From Vicinamibacterales bacterium (lineage in GTDB: Bacteria > Acidobacteriota > Vicinamibacteria > Vicinamibacterales > UBA2999): DNA of 64,000 nucleotides. The notes under the pieces were generated by a model. The model had not been told where the DNA came from. It was given only the letters and a program-made list of their open reading frames with translations, and made no database searches. Each line of letters begins with the position of its first letter. The first letter of the stretch is position 1. Both the position numbers and the translations under genes were made by a program. Location: assembly GCA_050187355.1 (NCBI GenBank), contig JBFWXO010000005.1, positions 146,502 through 210,501 of the forward strand, in the 5' to 3' direction. Below, piece by piece: positions 44,333 through 54,121 of the stretch.

Positions 44333-44535
44333 GCCGGCACCCCGCCTGACCCCGGCGGCCCGGGGCCCGCGCGCCGATCCGCCTCGTCCTTACACCGGTC
44401 GAGACCGCGATCGAGTGCATGGCGTGACATGGCCGCCGTCGCCCCCGCGCTATCATTTCGGTTCCTCGGCTGCCGTCCTTCGATCTCGGTGCCTCGGTTC
44501 GGTTGCCGGTGTATTTCCCGGCCGGTCCACCCGCG

Positions 44536-46806
44536 ATGCCGCTCATGACACGTCCCTCGTGTGCCTGCGCGATCGCCGCCCTGTTCGTCGTGGCGGCCCC
44601 GGCCGCGACGCGCGCGCAGGACGCCGCCGGGGCCCCCGCCGGTCCCGTGATCGATGCCGCGCCGCTGCACGAGGGCGAAGTGATCGCCCTCGACGGTATC
44701 CTCGACGAGCCCGTGTGGAAGCGCGCGGTGCCGGCCACCGACTTCCGGCAGCGCGATCCGCGCCCCGGCGCGCCGGCGACGGAGCGCACCGAAGTGCGCA
44801 TCGCCATCGACGGCCGCCGGCTGCTCCTCGGCGTGATCTGCTACGACTCGGAGCCCGATCGCCTCCTGGCCAACCAGATGCAGCGCGACGAGCCGCTGAG
44901 CGGCGACGACCGGTTCATGTGGGGGCTCGACACCTACCTCGACGGCCGGACGGGCTACTTCTTCGAGATCAACCCGGCGGGCGCGATGGGCGACGGCCTG
45001 GTCACGGGTCCCGGCGGAAGCGGCGGCGGCCGGGGCGGCGGAGGGGGCGGGGGCCAGTTCGGCGCGCCCATGAACAAGTCGTGGGACGGCATCTGGATCG
45101 CCCGCGTCCGGCGCAACGCCACCGGCTGGACCGCAGAGGTGGAGATTCCGTTCCGCACGCTGAACCTCAATGCCGCGTCGGACGAGTGGGGCGTGAACTT
45201 CCAGCGCACCGTGCGGCGGAAGAACGAGGAGAGCCTGTGGACGGGCTGGCAGCGCACCGAGGGGCTGCTGCGGATGAGCAACGCCGGCCGCCTGCGGGGC
45301 GTGCACGTGGAGTCGCACGGCCTGGGTCTCGAGGTGAAGCCGTACGGGATCGCGTCGGTCGGGAGCGCGCCGGGCAGCGGGCTGCCCGCCGCGACGGGCG
45401 ACGCCAGCGCCGGCATGGACGTGTTCTACAACGTCACGCCCGGACTGCGCGCCAACTTCACCGTCAACACGGACTTCGCGGAAACCGAGGTCGATCAGCG
45501 GCGGACGAACCTCACGCGCTTCCCGCTCTTCTTTCCCGAACGCCGCGGCTTCTTCCTGGAAGGGTCGAGCTTCTTCGACTTCCCGCCCGGCGACGGATCG
45601 CCGTTCTTCTCGCGCCGGATCGGCCTGAACGACGGGCAGCCGCAGCGCGTGCTCCTCGGCGCCAAGCTCACGGGCCAGATCGGCCAGCAGGACGTGGGCG
45701 TCCTGCACGTGCGCACCGGCGAGGACGACGGCGCGCCGGGCACGGACACGCGGCTGGCGGCCGAGGACTTCACCGCCCTGCGCCTCAAGCGCCGGCTGGG
45801 GCGGCAGTCGTTCGCGGGGCTGCTGTACACGCGGCGTGCCGGCGTGGACGGCGCCAGCGGTCTCGTCGACCAGCACACGCTGGGCTACGACGTCACGTTC
45901 TCCACGCCGTCGTTCCTCGGATCCAACAAGAACTTCGAGACCGGCGGCTACTTCATCCACACCACCGGTCTGGCGGACGTGGCCGGCGGGTCCAACGCCT
46001 ATGGCGCGCGCGTGGTGTACAACAACGAGCCGCTGTCCACGAGCGTGTTCTTCCGCGAGGTGGACCCGGCCTACGACGCCGCCGTCGGCTTCACGCCGCG
46101 CGTCAACTTCCGCCGGTGGAACTCGCGGCTGGAATACGCGCCGCGCATCAACCGGGGCGGCGTCCGCGAGCTGCAGTTCGGGGCCAACATGGAGCTGTCC
46201 ACGCTGCCGGACAACACGCTCATCACCCGGCAGTTCTTCCTCACGCCGCTCGAGGTCCTCTTCGAGAGCGGCGACCGCCTCCAGGCGCAGGTGTTCCAGG
46301 TGACCGAGCAGCTGGAGGTGGACTTCGAGATCGACGACGGCATCCTCCTGCCCTTCGGCAGCCGCTACGCCTGGCGGCGCCAGCAGCTCACGTTCGACTC
46401 GGCCGAGAACCGGCCGATCTCGACCCGCGCGGAGTACTCGTTCGGCGACTTCTACTCGGGCAGCCGGCGCGAGTTCAACCTGAACGTGCGACTGCGGCCC
46501 AAGGCCGGCGTCTACCTCCAGGCCACCACCGAGTTCAACGACGTCCACCTGGCCGAGGGCGCCTTCACGACGAAGCTGTATCGCCTGGACGGCAGCGTCC
46601 AGTTCAGCCCCTGGATCTCGCTGACGAACAACGTGCAGTTCGACACGCAGAGCCAGTCGCTGGGCTGGCAGATGCGCTTCCGCTGGATCCGGCGGCCGGG
46701 CAACGACCTGTTCGTGGTCTACACCCACAATTGGCTGGACAGCGACCGGTGGACGACGCTGGACCGGAAGGCGGCCGTGAAGCTCGTGCAGACGTTCCGT
46801 TTCTGA
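44536..46806 (+). CDS. DUF5916-family outer-membrane protein with an N-terminal CBM9-like domain
   Basis: Signal peptide. DGILDEPVW..A....F.Q..P..G.P....TEV.... motif. The long beta-rich C-terminus ends in ...KLVQTFRF (terminal Phe). The start is ambiguous: 44503, 44536 or 44545. Confidence 0.7.
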   Translation: MPLMTRPSCACAIAALFVVAAPAATRAQDAAGAPAGPVIDAAPLHEGEVIALDGILDEPVWKRAVPATDFRQRDPRPGAPATERTEVRIAIDGRRLLLGVICYDSEPDRLLANQMQRDEPLSGDDRFMWGLDTYLDGRTGYFFEINPAGAMGDGLVTGPGGSGGGRGGGGGGGQFGAPMNKSWDGIWIARVRRNATGWTAEVEIPFRTLNLNAASDEWGVNFQRTVRRKNEESLWTGWQRTEGLLRMSNAGRLRGVHVESHGLGLEVKPYGIASVGSAPGSGLPAATGDASAGMDVFYNVTPGLRANFTVNTDFAETEVDQRRTNLTRFPLFFPERRGFFLEGSSFFDFPPGDGSPFFSRRIGLNDGQPQRVLLGAKLTGQIGQQDVGVLHVRTGEDDGAPGTDTRLAAEDFTALRLKRRLGRQSFAGLLYTRRAGVDGASGLVDQHTLGYDVTFSTPSFLGSNKNFETGGYFIHTTGLADVAGGSNAYGARVVYNNEPLSTSVFFREVDPAYDAAVGFTPRVNFRRWNSRLEYAPRINRGGVRELQFGANMELSTLPDNTLITRQFFLTPLEVLFESGDRLQAQVFQVTEQLEVDFEIDDGILLPFGSRYAWRRQQLTFDSAENRPISTRAEYSFGDFYSGSRREFNLNVRLRPKAGVYLQATTEFNDVHLAEGAFTTKLYRLDGSVQFSPWISLTNNVQFDTQSQSLGWQMRFRWIRRPGNDLFVVYTHNWLDSDRWTTLDRKAAVKLVQTFRF

Positions 46807-46840
46807 CGGACGTCGGCGCCGCGTGGCAGAATCCCGGGCG

Positions 46841-47896
46841 ATGAATTTCGCCAGCGACAACGTCCACGGCGTGGACGACGCCATCCTCGACGCCCTCCGC
46901 GACGCCAACGGCGGCACCGCCCGGGCCTACGGCTACGACCCGCTCACGGCCGCGGCCGAGCAGCGGCTCCGCGACGTGTTCGGCTGCGACCTGGCCGCCT
47001 ACCTGGTGGTGACGGGCACGGCCGCCAACTCCCTGGCCCTCGCGGCGTGCTGCCCGCCGTACGGCGCCGTCATCTGCCACGCCGAGGCCCACATCACGAC
47101 CGACGAGTGCGGCGCGCCGGAACTCTACACGGGCGGCGCCAAGCTCATGGGCGTCCGGGGACCGGCCTGCAAGCTCACGCCCGCGGCCGTCACCGCGATG
47201 CTGGCGACCATGGGCCGGGGCGAGCACGAGCAGCGGCCCCACGTCCTCTCCCTGGCGAACGCCACCGAGCTCGGCACCGCCTACACGCCGGCCGAGGTCG
47301 CCGCGCTCTCGACGCTGGCGCGCGAGCGGGGCCTGCGGGTGCACATGGACGGCGCCCGCTTCGCCAACGCCGTCGCGCGCCAGGGGTGCACGCCGGCGGA
47401 GCTGTCGTGGCAGGCGGGCGTGGACGTCCTCTCTTTCGGTGCGACCAAGAACGGGGCGCTCGGCGTGGAGGCCGTGGTCTTCTTCGACAAGGCGCTGGCG
47501 GACGACTTCGTGTACCTGCGCAAGCGGACCGGACAGCTGGTGTCGAAGAGCCGCTTCCTCGCGGCGCAGATTCTGGCCTACCTGGAGGGCGACCGCTGGC
47601 TGGCGAACGCGCGCCGCGCGAACGCCGCGGCGGATCGCCTGGCGGCCGGCCTCGCCGGACTGGCCGGCGTGCGCCTGCCGCTCCCGGTGGACGCCAACGC
47701 CGTGTTCGCCATCGTGCCGCGCGCGCTGCACGAGCACCTGCTCGCCGGCGGCGCGCGGTATCTCGTGTGGCCGGGCGAGGGCCCGGGCACCGACGTGGTC
47801 GGCCCCGGCGAGGTGTTCATCAGGCTGCTGACGTCGTTCCGCACGACGGACGCCGACGTGGACGCGCTCGTGGCGCTCGCCGCCCGGCGGGGCTGA
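46841..47896 (+). CDS. ltaE: Low-specificity threonine aldolase / beta-eliminating lyase family (PLP-dependent)
   Basis: MNFASDN.., VVTGTAANSLAL, and SFGATKNG with the PLP-binding Lys. Confidence 0.8.
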   Translation: MNFASDNVHGVDDAILDALRDANGGTARAYGYDPLTAAAEQRLRDVFGCDLAAYLVVTGTAANSLALAACCPPYGAVICHAEAHITTDECGAPELYTGGAKLMGVRGPACKLTPAAVTAMLATMGRGEHEQRPHVLSLANATELGTAYTPAEVAALSTLARERGLRVHMDGARFANAVARQGCTPAELSWQAGVDVLSFGATKNGALGVEAVVFFDKALADDFVYLRKRTGQLVSKSRFLAAQILAYLEGDRWLANARRANAAADRLAAGLAGLAGVRLPLPVDANAVFAIVPRALHEHLLAGGARYLVWPGEGPGTDVVGPGEVFIRLLTSFRTTDADVDALVALAARRG

Positions 47897-47905
47897 GGCC
47901 GCGGC

Positions 47906-48151
47906 CTACAGCTCGAGGACGTAGCGCATCACGTCGCCGATCGCGTCGGCGATGGCCCGGACCAGCGGCCACGGATCGCCGGTGGCCGCCACGTCGGCCG
48001 CCAGTGCGGGGTCGGTGACCAGCAGCCAGGCGCCAATCGCCACGATCGGCGTCACGCACACCGCCGCCACGCCCAGCCACGTCGCGGTGCGCGACGTCCA
48101 GACCTCGGTGCGGGACGGTTTGACGCGGGGGATGTCCATGGAACCCGCCAT
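47906..48151 (-). CDS. Small hypothetical membrane protein (81 aa)
   Basis: One TM helix (WLGVAAVCVTPIVAIGAWLLV). Codon GC3 is strongly biased in this frame. Confidence 0.5.
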   Translation of the reverse strand: MAGSMDIPRVKPSRTEVWTSRTATWLGVAAVCVTPIVAIGAWLLVTDPALAADVAATGDPWPLVRAIADAIGDVMRYVLEL

Positions 48152-48359
48152 CCGCGCAGGCGAGGAGCGTGCCAGGGGGACACCCGGCGACCCGCCTGCC
48201 CATGTCGTGGCGACCAGCGGTTTCCGGCCTGTTTTTCACCGTTCCACCCCGACGGCCAGCCGGCCGGCCCCGGGGATGACGGCCGCATGACGAGCGGGTG
48301 TCCGGATTCGGAACGAAGACGTCCGGCGTCGCACCGGCTCCGACCGGGGTGGGACGAGT

Positions 48360-50113
48360 TCAGGGGCGAATGACGCCGGGGCCGTCGTCGTAGAGGCCAT
48401 CCACGAGCGCCTGCCGCCGCGCCAGCACCGCCCGCTGATTGATGTAGCCCTTGTCCGTGATCTCGCCGCCGTCGATGGACGGAGGCTCGTCGAGCACCAG
48501 GAGGCGCGCCGGAGTGGCCGCGCTGCCGGCGCCCTCGGCGGCCAGCGCGCGAAGCATGCCGGCGAGCCGCGCGTGCACGTCGGGCCGTGGGAGGTCGCGC
48601 GCGGCCGGGGACAGGAAGACGAGCGCCCCCACCTCGTCGCGGTCGTGACCGGTGATGACGGCGTCCTGAATCAGGGGGTCGCCGGCCGCGACGAGGCGCA
48701 CCCGCACCGCGCCGGCACTCACCCACGTGCCGGTCAGCAGCTTGAAGTCCTCGGACACCCGGCCGTCGAACACCAGCCCGCGCGCCGGATCGGCCGGGTC
48801 CGCGAAGCGGACGGCGTCCCCGATCCGGTAGAAGCCCTCCTCGTCGAAGGCGTCGGCGGTGAGGTCCGGCTGGCGGAAGTAGCCGGGAGTCACGTGCGGG
48901 CCCTGCACCCGCACCTCGAGCTTGTCGCCGGCCGGCACGAGCTTCAGCGTCGTGCCCGCCACCGGCAGCCCGATCACGCCGGCCCGCTCGATCGGGAAGT
49001 GCACCTGGGTGGCGAGCGGCGACGTCTCGGTCGATCCCCACCCGGACAGCATCGCGAGGGTCCACCCGTCTCGGCCGCGGCGAGGGCCTCCAGGCGCCGC
49101 CACAGGTTGTCCGGCAGCGCGGCCGCCGCGTAGAACACGGCGTCCAGGTCGTGGAAGAAGCGGCGGCGGAGCGCGGCGTCGCGCTCGAGGCACGGCAGCA
49201 GGAGGTCGAACCCGCGCGGCACGTTGAAGTAGATCGTCGGCGACACGTCGGCCAGGTTGCGGGCGGTCGTCTCGATGCGGCCGGGCGCGGGCCGGCCGCC
49301 GTCGATGTACAACGTGCCGCCGTTGCGCAGCACGAGGTTGAAGTTGTGGTTGCCGCCGAAGGTGTGGTTCCAGGGCAGCCAGTCCACGACGACCGGCGGG
49401 CGCCGTTCGAGGAACGGCCAGCCCTGCGCGAGCATCTGCTGGTTCGCGGTCAGCATGCCGTGCGTGTTGATGACGCCTTTGGGCGCGCCCGTGGATCCGG
49501 ACGTGAAGAGCACCTTCGCGACCGCATCCGGGCCGACGGCGGCATGGGCCCTGTCCACCGCCGGACCGGGCGTCGACTCGAGCAATCCGGCCACCGTCGG
49601 CGGCCGCGGCGCCCCCACCGCGGCCAGCGCGGGCGCGAAGGCGTCGGGGTCGGACGTCCAGACCAGGCCGGGCTCGACGAGCGCGACGATGTGCCGCAGC
49701 TTGGCGTGGTCGCCGGACAGGAGCGAGTAGGCCGGCGACACAGGGACGACGGGCACGCCGACATGGAGGGCGCCGAGCGTCAGGAGGCCGTGGTCCACCG
49801 AGTTGTCCGACAGGATCGCCAGCGGCCGGTCGGCCGAGAGTCCCCGGTCCAGGAGCGCCTGCCCGAGACGCCGCGCGGCATCGAGCGCCTGCCCGTAGGT
49901 GACGGTCCGCCACCCGGCGCCGTCCCGCTCCGCGAGCAGCGGCCGATCGGGAACGCGGGCCGCCCACGACACGAGCCACTCGGTGAGGCGGCGGGCCGAC
50001 GGGCCGAGCGGCTGCGGGCATCGGAGGTACACGACGCCGCCGTCGCGGCGCTCCATCTCCACGGCGGCCGGGGCGAACATCGGACGGCGCATCGCGGGGC
50101 GAGCGTACCCCAT
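48360..50113 (-). pseudogene. AMP-dependent acyl-CoA synthetase (feruloyl-CoA-synthase-like) carrying a 1-nt frameshift
   Basis: The N-terminal 2/3 is in frame 48974-50113 (AMP-binding motif LFTSGSTGAPKGV). The C-terminal 1/3 is in frame 48360-~49075 (SGWGSTETSP..., YRIGD, GRVSEDFKL). The two frames meet near 49055-49090. Confidence 0.75.
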
Positions 50114-50157
50114 CACCAGCCCGGGTGCGGGCCAACGGCCATGGTAGTGTGCCGGGC

Positions 50158-51495
50158 ATGACGACGCGAACGACACGACGCCGGCGCTGGCGGCTGTGCG
50201 TGGGCCTTCTCGCCGCCGCGGCCGGCGCCCTCCCGTCGTCCGGCGCCAGCGCCCGCAGCGCGGGCCAGCCCGGCGCGGGCGACTCGGTGCTGGTCAAGGC
50301 CGCCCGCGTGATCGACGGCCGGGGCGGCGCGCCGATCGCCAACGGCGCGATCCTGATTCGCGGCGACCGGATCGAGCGCGTGGGGCCGGCGGCCGGCATG
50401 ACCGGCGACCGCGTGATCGACCTCGGCTCGGCCACCGTCCTGCCCGGCCTCATCGATCTCCACACGCACCTCACCGACGAGGTCGGCACGAACTGGGAGT
50501 CGAACCTGCTCACGACCACGCCGGGGCGCGCCGCCATCTACGGCGCCGTGAACGCGCGGACGACGCTGCTGGCCGGGTTCACGACCACGCGCGACATGGG
50601 CCCGACGTGGCCCTACGTGGACATCGACCTGCGCTACGCCATCGACAAGGGCTCCATTCCCGGGCCTCGCCTGCAGGTGGCCGGCAACTACGTGTCGGCC
50701 ACGGGCGGCGCCGGCGACGCGCGCCAGTTCTCGATCTACGTGGACGTGCCGATCGTGAGGAACCTCGCCGACGGCGTCGACGAGGTGCGCAAGGCCGTGC
50801 GCACGAACCTCAAGAACGGCGCCGACTTCATCAAGATCCTGGCGACGGGCGCGGTGATGTCGAAAGGCATCCCGCCCGGCGCGCAGCAGTACTCGGACGA
50901 AGAGCTCGCCGTCGCCGTGCAGGAGGCGTCCCGCTGGGGCCGGTTCGTCGCCTCGCACGCCCATGGCACCGAGGGCATCAAGGCCGCGATCCGCGCCGGC
51001 GTGCGGACGATCGATCACGGGTCGATGCTCGACGACGAGGGCGCGCGCATGATGAAGGCGCGCGGCACCTACTTCGCGCCGACCCTGTACGTGGGGCACG
51101 CCATCCTGCACGACAACGACGCGCTGAACATCCCGGCGCACCAGGTGGAGCGCGAGCAGGCGATGCAGGGCACGCAGGAGAAGGCGTTCAAGATCGCGCT
51201 GGCGCACCAGCTGAAGATCGCGTTCGCCACCGACGCGGGCGTCTTCCCGCATGGCGACAACGCGCGGGAGTTCGCGCTCCGCGTGGGCCTCGGCCAGTCG
51301 CCGATGGCCGCCATCGAAGGCGCGACGCGAATCGCCGCCGAGGCGATGGGCTGGGACGATCGCGTCGGGACGCTCCAGCCCGGGCGCTTCGCCGATCTCA
51401 TTGCCGTCGCCGGCGATCCGCTGGCCGACATCACCGAGCTCGAGCGCGTGCGCTTCGTGATGAAGGGCGGCGTCGTCTACAAGGGCGGATCGTGA
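50158..51495 (+). CDS. Secreted amidohydrolase-family metallo-hydrolase
   Basis: Signal peptide. VLPGLIDLHTHL (HxH), later H...H and D residues (ASHAHG; FATDAG). The start was moved to the ATG at 50158. Confidence 0.8.
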   Translation: MTTRTTRRRRWRLCVGLLAAAAGALPSSGASARSAGQPGAGDSVLVKAARVIDGRGGAPIANGAILIRGDRIERVGPAAGMTGDRVIDLGSATVLPGLIDLHTHLTDEVGTNWESNLLTTTPGRAAIYGAVNARTTLLAGFTTTRDMGPTWPYVDIDLRYAIDKGSIPGPRLQVAGNYVSATGGAGDARQFSIYVDVPIVRNLADGVDEVRKAVRTNLKNGADFIKILATGAVMSKGIPPGAQQYSDEELAVAVQEASRWGRFVASHAHGTEGIKAAIRAGVRTIDHGSMLDDEGARMMKARGTYFAPTLYVGHAILHDNDALNIPAHQVEREQAMQGTQEKAFKIALAHQLKIAFATDAGVFPHGDNAREFALRVGLGQSPMAAIEGATRIAAEAMGWDDRVGTLQPGRFADLIAVAGDPLADITELERVRFVMKGGVVYKGGS

Positions 51496-51532
51496 CGACG
51501 GCAGGACGGCGGACGCGGCGGCGCGGGCCCCC

Positions 51533-51561
51533 TTGACACCGGCCGACACGAGGCGTAGGGT
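51533..51561 (+). promoter_or_regulatory. Sigma-70-like promoter: TTGACA, 17-nt spacer, TAGGGT
   Basis: A perfect -35 hexamer at 51533-51538, a 17-nt spacer, and a -10 at 51556-51561 that keeps the T1, A2 and T6 positions. It lies inside the 493-bp non-coding gap. Confidence 0.4.
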
Positions 51562-51648
51562 GGCGACAGATGCGTTGATCGCCGCACGGCGAGGGGCCCG
51601 GCGCATCGGTCCAAACCAAGGCCCCGGTTCGGAAAGGAGGACCACGAG

Positions 51649-51699
51649 ATGACCGAAGTCTCGAGCGGCGATCCCCCGGGCTTTCACCGGCCGTCGTGA
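51649..51699 (+). CDS. 16-codon mini-ORF (MTEVSSGDPPGFHRPS) with a consensus SD
   Basis: AAGGAGG at 51634-51640, 8 nt before the ATG. The stop codon is embedded in a 9-bp hairpin (51687-51706). It is too short to judge coding status. Confidence 0.25.
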   Translation: MTEVSSGDPPGFHRPS

Positions 51700-51880
51700 C
51701 GGCCGGGTCGTAGCCGCCACCTCGTCTTTGCGTCCCGAGTTGAGTCGCGCCTGTGGGCTGGATGCCCGCTCCCGTGCCGTCAGGCCGGGGGGTCGCGCTG
51801 GACGGATTCGGTTGACACGCTGACAGCACAGGGAGCGGCGCGCGGCGCGGTGACGCCACGCGGTCTTGCGATCGTGAGTC

Positions 51881-51918
51881 GAACGGGCACCTGGGTTCCG
51901 GGTGCCCGTTCGCATTTT
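51881..51918 (+). terminator. Rho-independent terminator
   Basis: Perfect 11-bp stem gaacgggcacc / ggtgcccgttc, a 9-nt loop, then gcaTTTT. The orientation is specific for the + strand. Confidence 0.6.
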
Positions 51919-51988
51919 GGGGGCCGCCGCCGGTGGCGGCGGACGGGGCGCCGCGGTAGACTCCGCCCACCCACCCGGAGGAGGCCGC

Positions 51989-54091
51989 ATGGCGCGTCGC
52001 TCGATCGTCCTCGCCGCTCTCGTCGTACTGGCCGCTGGCGCGCCGCGCGCGCAGTCCACGGGCCGCCCTTTCGATCTGCCCGACTACTACCGCGTCGAAT
52101 CCACCGGCGGCACCGCGCTGTCGCCCGACGGGCGCACCGTGGCCTTCGTGCGGACCGTCATCGTCGAGGCGGAGAACCGGCGCCACAGCGAGATCTGGAC
52201 CGCACCGGCCGACGGGTCGGCGCCGCCGCGCCGGCTGACGAATCCCGGCGTGTCGTCGACCGCGCCGCGCTGGAGCCCCGACGGCACGCTGCTGGCGTTC
52301 ACATCCCGCCGGCCCGTGGCGGGATCCGCGGGTCCCTCGGCCGGGTCGGTCTGGTTCCTGCGCATGGATCGCCCGGGCGGCGAGGCGTTCCAGATTCCGG
52401 GCGTCGACGGCACGCCCGTCTTCAGCCCGGACAACAAGTGGATCGCCTTCACGAAGGCGGTGCCGCCGTCGGCGCCGCGGCCCGCGGTCCTCAAGACGCC
52501 CTTCGAGACGCTGACCGACACGCGCTTCACGGGCCGCATCTATGACTGGATGAACGCGCGCTTCGACGGCCGGGGGTACCTGCCGGATCCGCGCAATCCC
52601 TACGCGACCCCGCCCGACGAGCTCTTCGTGGTGGCGCGCGAGGGCGGCGAGCCGCGGCAGCTCACGGCCCAGGGCGTGGACGTACAGGCGCCGTCATGGC
52701 GCGCGGACAGCCGGGCGCTCGTCTTCACGTCGAACCTCTTCGCCCGGGACGAGCACGTCTACGAGCGCGCCGACATCTTCACGGTGGACCTCGACGCGAA
52801 GGTCACGCGCGTGACCGACGACGGCTTCGACCACGACTCGGCGGTGTGGGCCGCCGACGGCTCCATCCTGGCGCGGCGGCAGCAGAACCTGGACGACGTC
52901 ATCCGAACGCGGCAGGGATTCGGCTCGCCCACCGACGTCTACCGGTTCCCGCCGGGCGGCGGAGCGCCCGTCAACCTCACGGCGGGCTGGGATCTCATAC
53001 CGAGCCTGCCCATGGTGGCGCCCGAGGGCCGCACGGTCTACTTCACGGCAGGCACGGCCGGGTCCACGCACGTCTTCCGCGTGGGGCTCACGGGCGGCGC
53101 CGTCGAGCAGGTGACGCGCGGGGAACGCCGGCTGTCGAACCTCTCGGTGGCCTGGGCGGCCGACCGCGTGGCGTACACGGGCGGCGACGCGACGCACCCC
53201 GCCGAGGTGCACGTCGCGGCGCTCGACGGGTCCGGTGAACACCGGCTGAGCGGCTTCAACGACGCGCTCCTGGCCGAGGTCGCGCTGCGGCCGGCCGAGA
53301 AGGTCACGTTCCCGAGCAAGGACGGCACGCCGATCGACGGCTGGCTGATCCAGCCGATGGGCGCGACGGTCGCCTCGCCGGCGCCGCTCATCCTCTCCAT
53401 CCACGGCGGCCCGCACGGCGCCTACGGCAACGACTTCTCCGCGCAGTTCCAGTACTGGGCCGCCAACGGCTATGCCGTGCTCTACACCAACCCGCGCGGC
53501 TCCACCGAGTACGGCGAGAAGTTCCTCTGGGGCACGTGGGGCGGCTGGGGCGGCAAGGACTACGAGGACGTGATGGCGGGCGTGGACCACGTGATCGCCC
53601 GCTACCCGGTCGATCCGAAGCGGCTCGGCGTGACCGGCTACTCGTACGGGGGCTTCCTGACCAACTGGGTGATCACCCAGACCCCGCGCTTCGCCGCCGC
53701 CATCGTCGGCGCCGGGATCTCGAACTGGGTGAGCGACTACGGCACGGCCGACATCCCGCGCACGAAGGAGAGCGAGTTCGGGGGCACGCCGTGGGACGCC
53801 ACGGGCCTGGCGAACCTGCTGGCGGCCTCGCCGGTGACGCACGCCGGCAAGGTCTCGACGCCGACGCTCTTCGTGCACGGCGAGGCGGACATGCGCGTGC
53901 CGATCGAGCAGGGCGAGCAGATGTACACCGCGCTCCGCAAGCAGAAGGTCCCGGCGATGTTCATCCGCTACCCGGACAGCTACCACGGCGGCTGGACGCC
54001 CTGGAACACCGTGCACCGGTATCAGCACGAGCTGCAGTGGTGGCGGCGCCACCTGGCGGGCCCCGCGCCGTCGGACCGCCTGCCGGACTGA
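51989..54091 (+). CDS. S9-family serine peptidase (acylaminoacyl-peptidase / prolyl-oligopeptidase type) with an N-terminal TolB-like propeller
   Basis: A GGAGGA SD precedes the ATG at 51989. Signal peptide. WSPDG-type blades. Catalytic GYSYGG, later FVHGEADMRVP (Asp) and ...YHGG (His). Confidence 0.85.
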   Translation: MARRSIVLAALVVLAAGAPRAQSTGRPFDLPDYYRVESTGGTALSPDGRTVAFVRTVIVEAENRRHSEIWTAPADGSAPPRRLTNPGVSSTAPRWSPDGTLLAFTSRRPVAGSAGPSAGSVWFLRMDRPGGEAFQIPGVDGTPVFSPDNKWIAFTKAVPPSAPRPAVLKTPFETLTDTRFTGRIYDWMNARFDGRGYLPDPRNPYATPPDELFVVAREGGEPRQLTAQGVDVQAPSWRADSRALVFTSNLFARDEHVYERADIFTVDLDAKVTRVTDDGFDHDSAVWAADGSILARRQQNLDDVIRTRQGFGSPTDVYRFPPGGGAPVNLTAGWDLIPSLPMVAPEGRTVYFTAGTAGSTHVFRVGLTGGAVEQVTRGERRLSNLSVAWAADRVAYTGGDATHPAEVHVAALDGSGEHRLSGFNDALLAEVALRPAEKVTFPSKDGTPIDGWLIQPMGATVASPAPLILSIHGGPHGAYGNDFSAQFQYWAANGYAVLYTNPRGSTEYGEKFLWGTWGGWGGKDYEDVMAGVDHVIARYPVDPKRLGVTGYSYGGFLTNWVITQTPRFAAAIVGAGISNWVSDYGTADIPRTKESEFGGTPWDATGLANLLAASPVTHAGKVSTPTLFVHGEADMRVPIEQGEQMYTALRKQKVPAMFIRYPDSYHGGWTPWNTVHRYQHELQWWRRHLAGPAPSDRLPD

Positions 54092-54121
54092 GGGCCGCGC
54101 CGCGCGGCGGCACGGGCGCGC

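Larger units (their letters stand above)
51568..51918 (+). ncRNA. Candidate about 350-nt orphan transcript (unclassified sRNA or leader-peptide RNA)
   Basis: It is bounded by the promoter-like element and an 11-bp intrinsic terminator. It contains several GC-rich hairpins and a mini-ORF. No ORF of 60 aa or more lies on this strand. Confidence 0.3.

Noticed and set aside
45010-45055. A G-rich tract encoding GGSGGGRGGGGGGG, which could have been a simple-sequence repeat or slippage site.
   Set aside because: It lies in frame inside the DUF5916 ORF, which continues normally on both sides. It is not a perfect nucleotide repeat. I interpret it as a glycine-rich loop.
51568-51918. Possibility that the orphan transcript is RNase P RNA, tmRNA, SRP RNA or 6S RNA.
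   Set aside because: - The RNase P P4 strings (GAGGAAAGUCCGGGC / ACAGAACCCGGCUUA) are absent.
- There is no tmRNA-type GGGG...CCACCA acceptor pairing or T-arm.
- The GGAA-containing segment (GGTTCGGAAAGGAGGACC) does not close with the C-G pair and AGCAGCC strand of SRP helix 8.
- The region is too long and not rod-like enough for 6S.

It remains unclassified rather than assigned.
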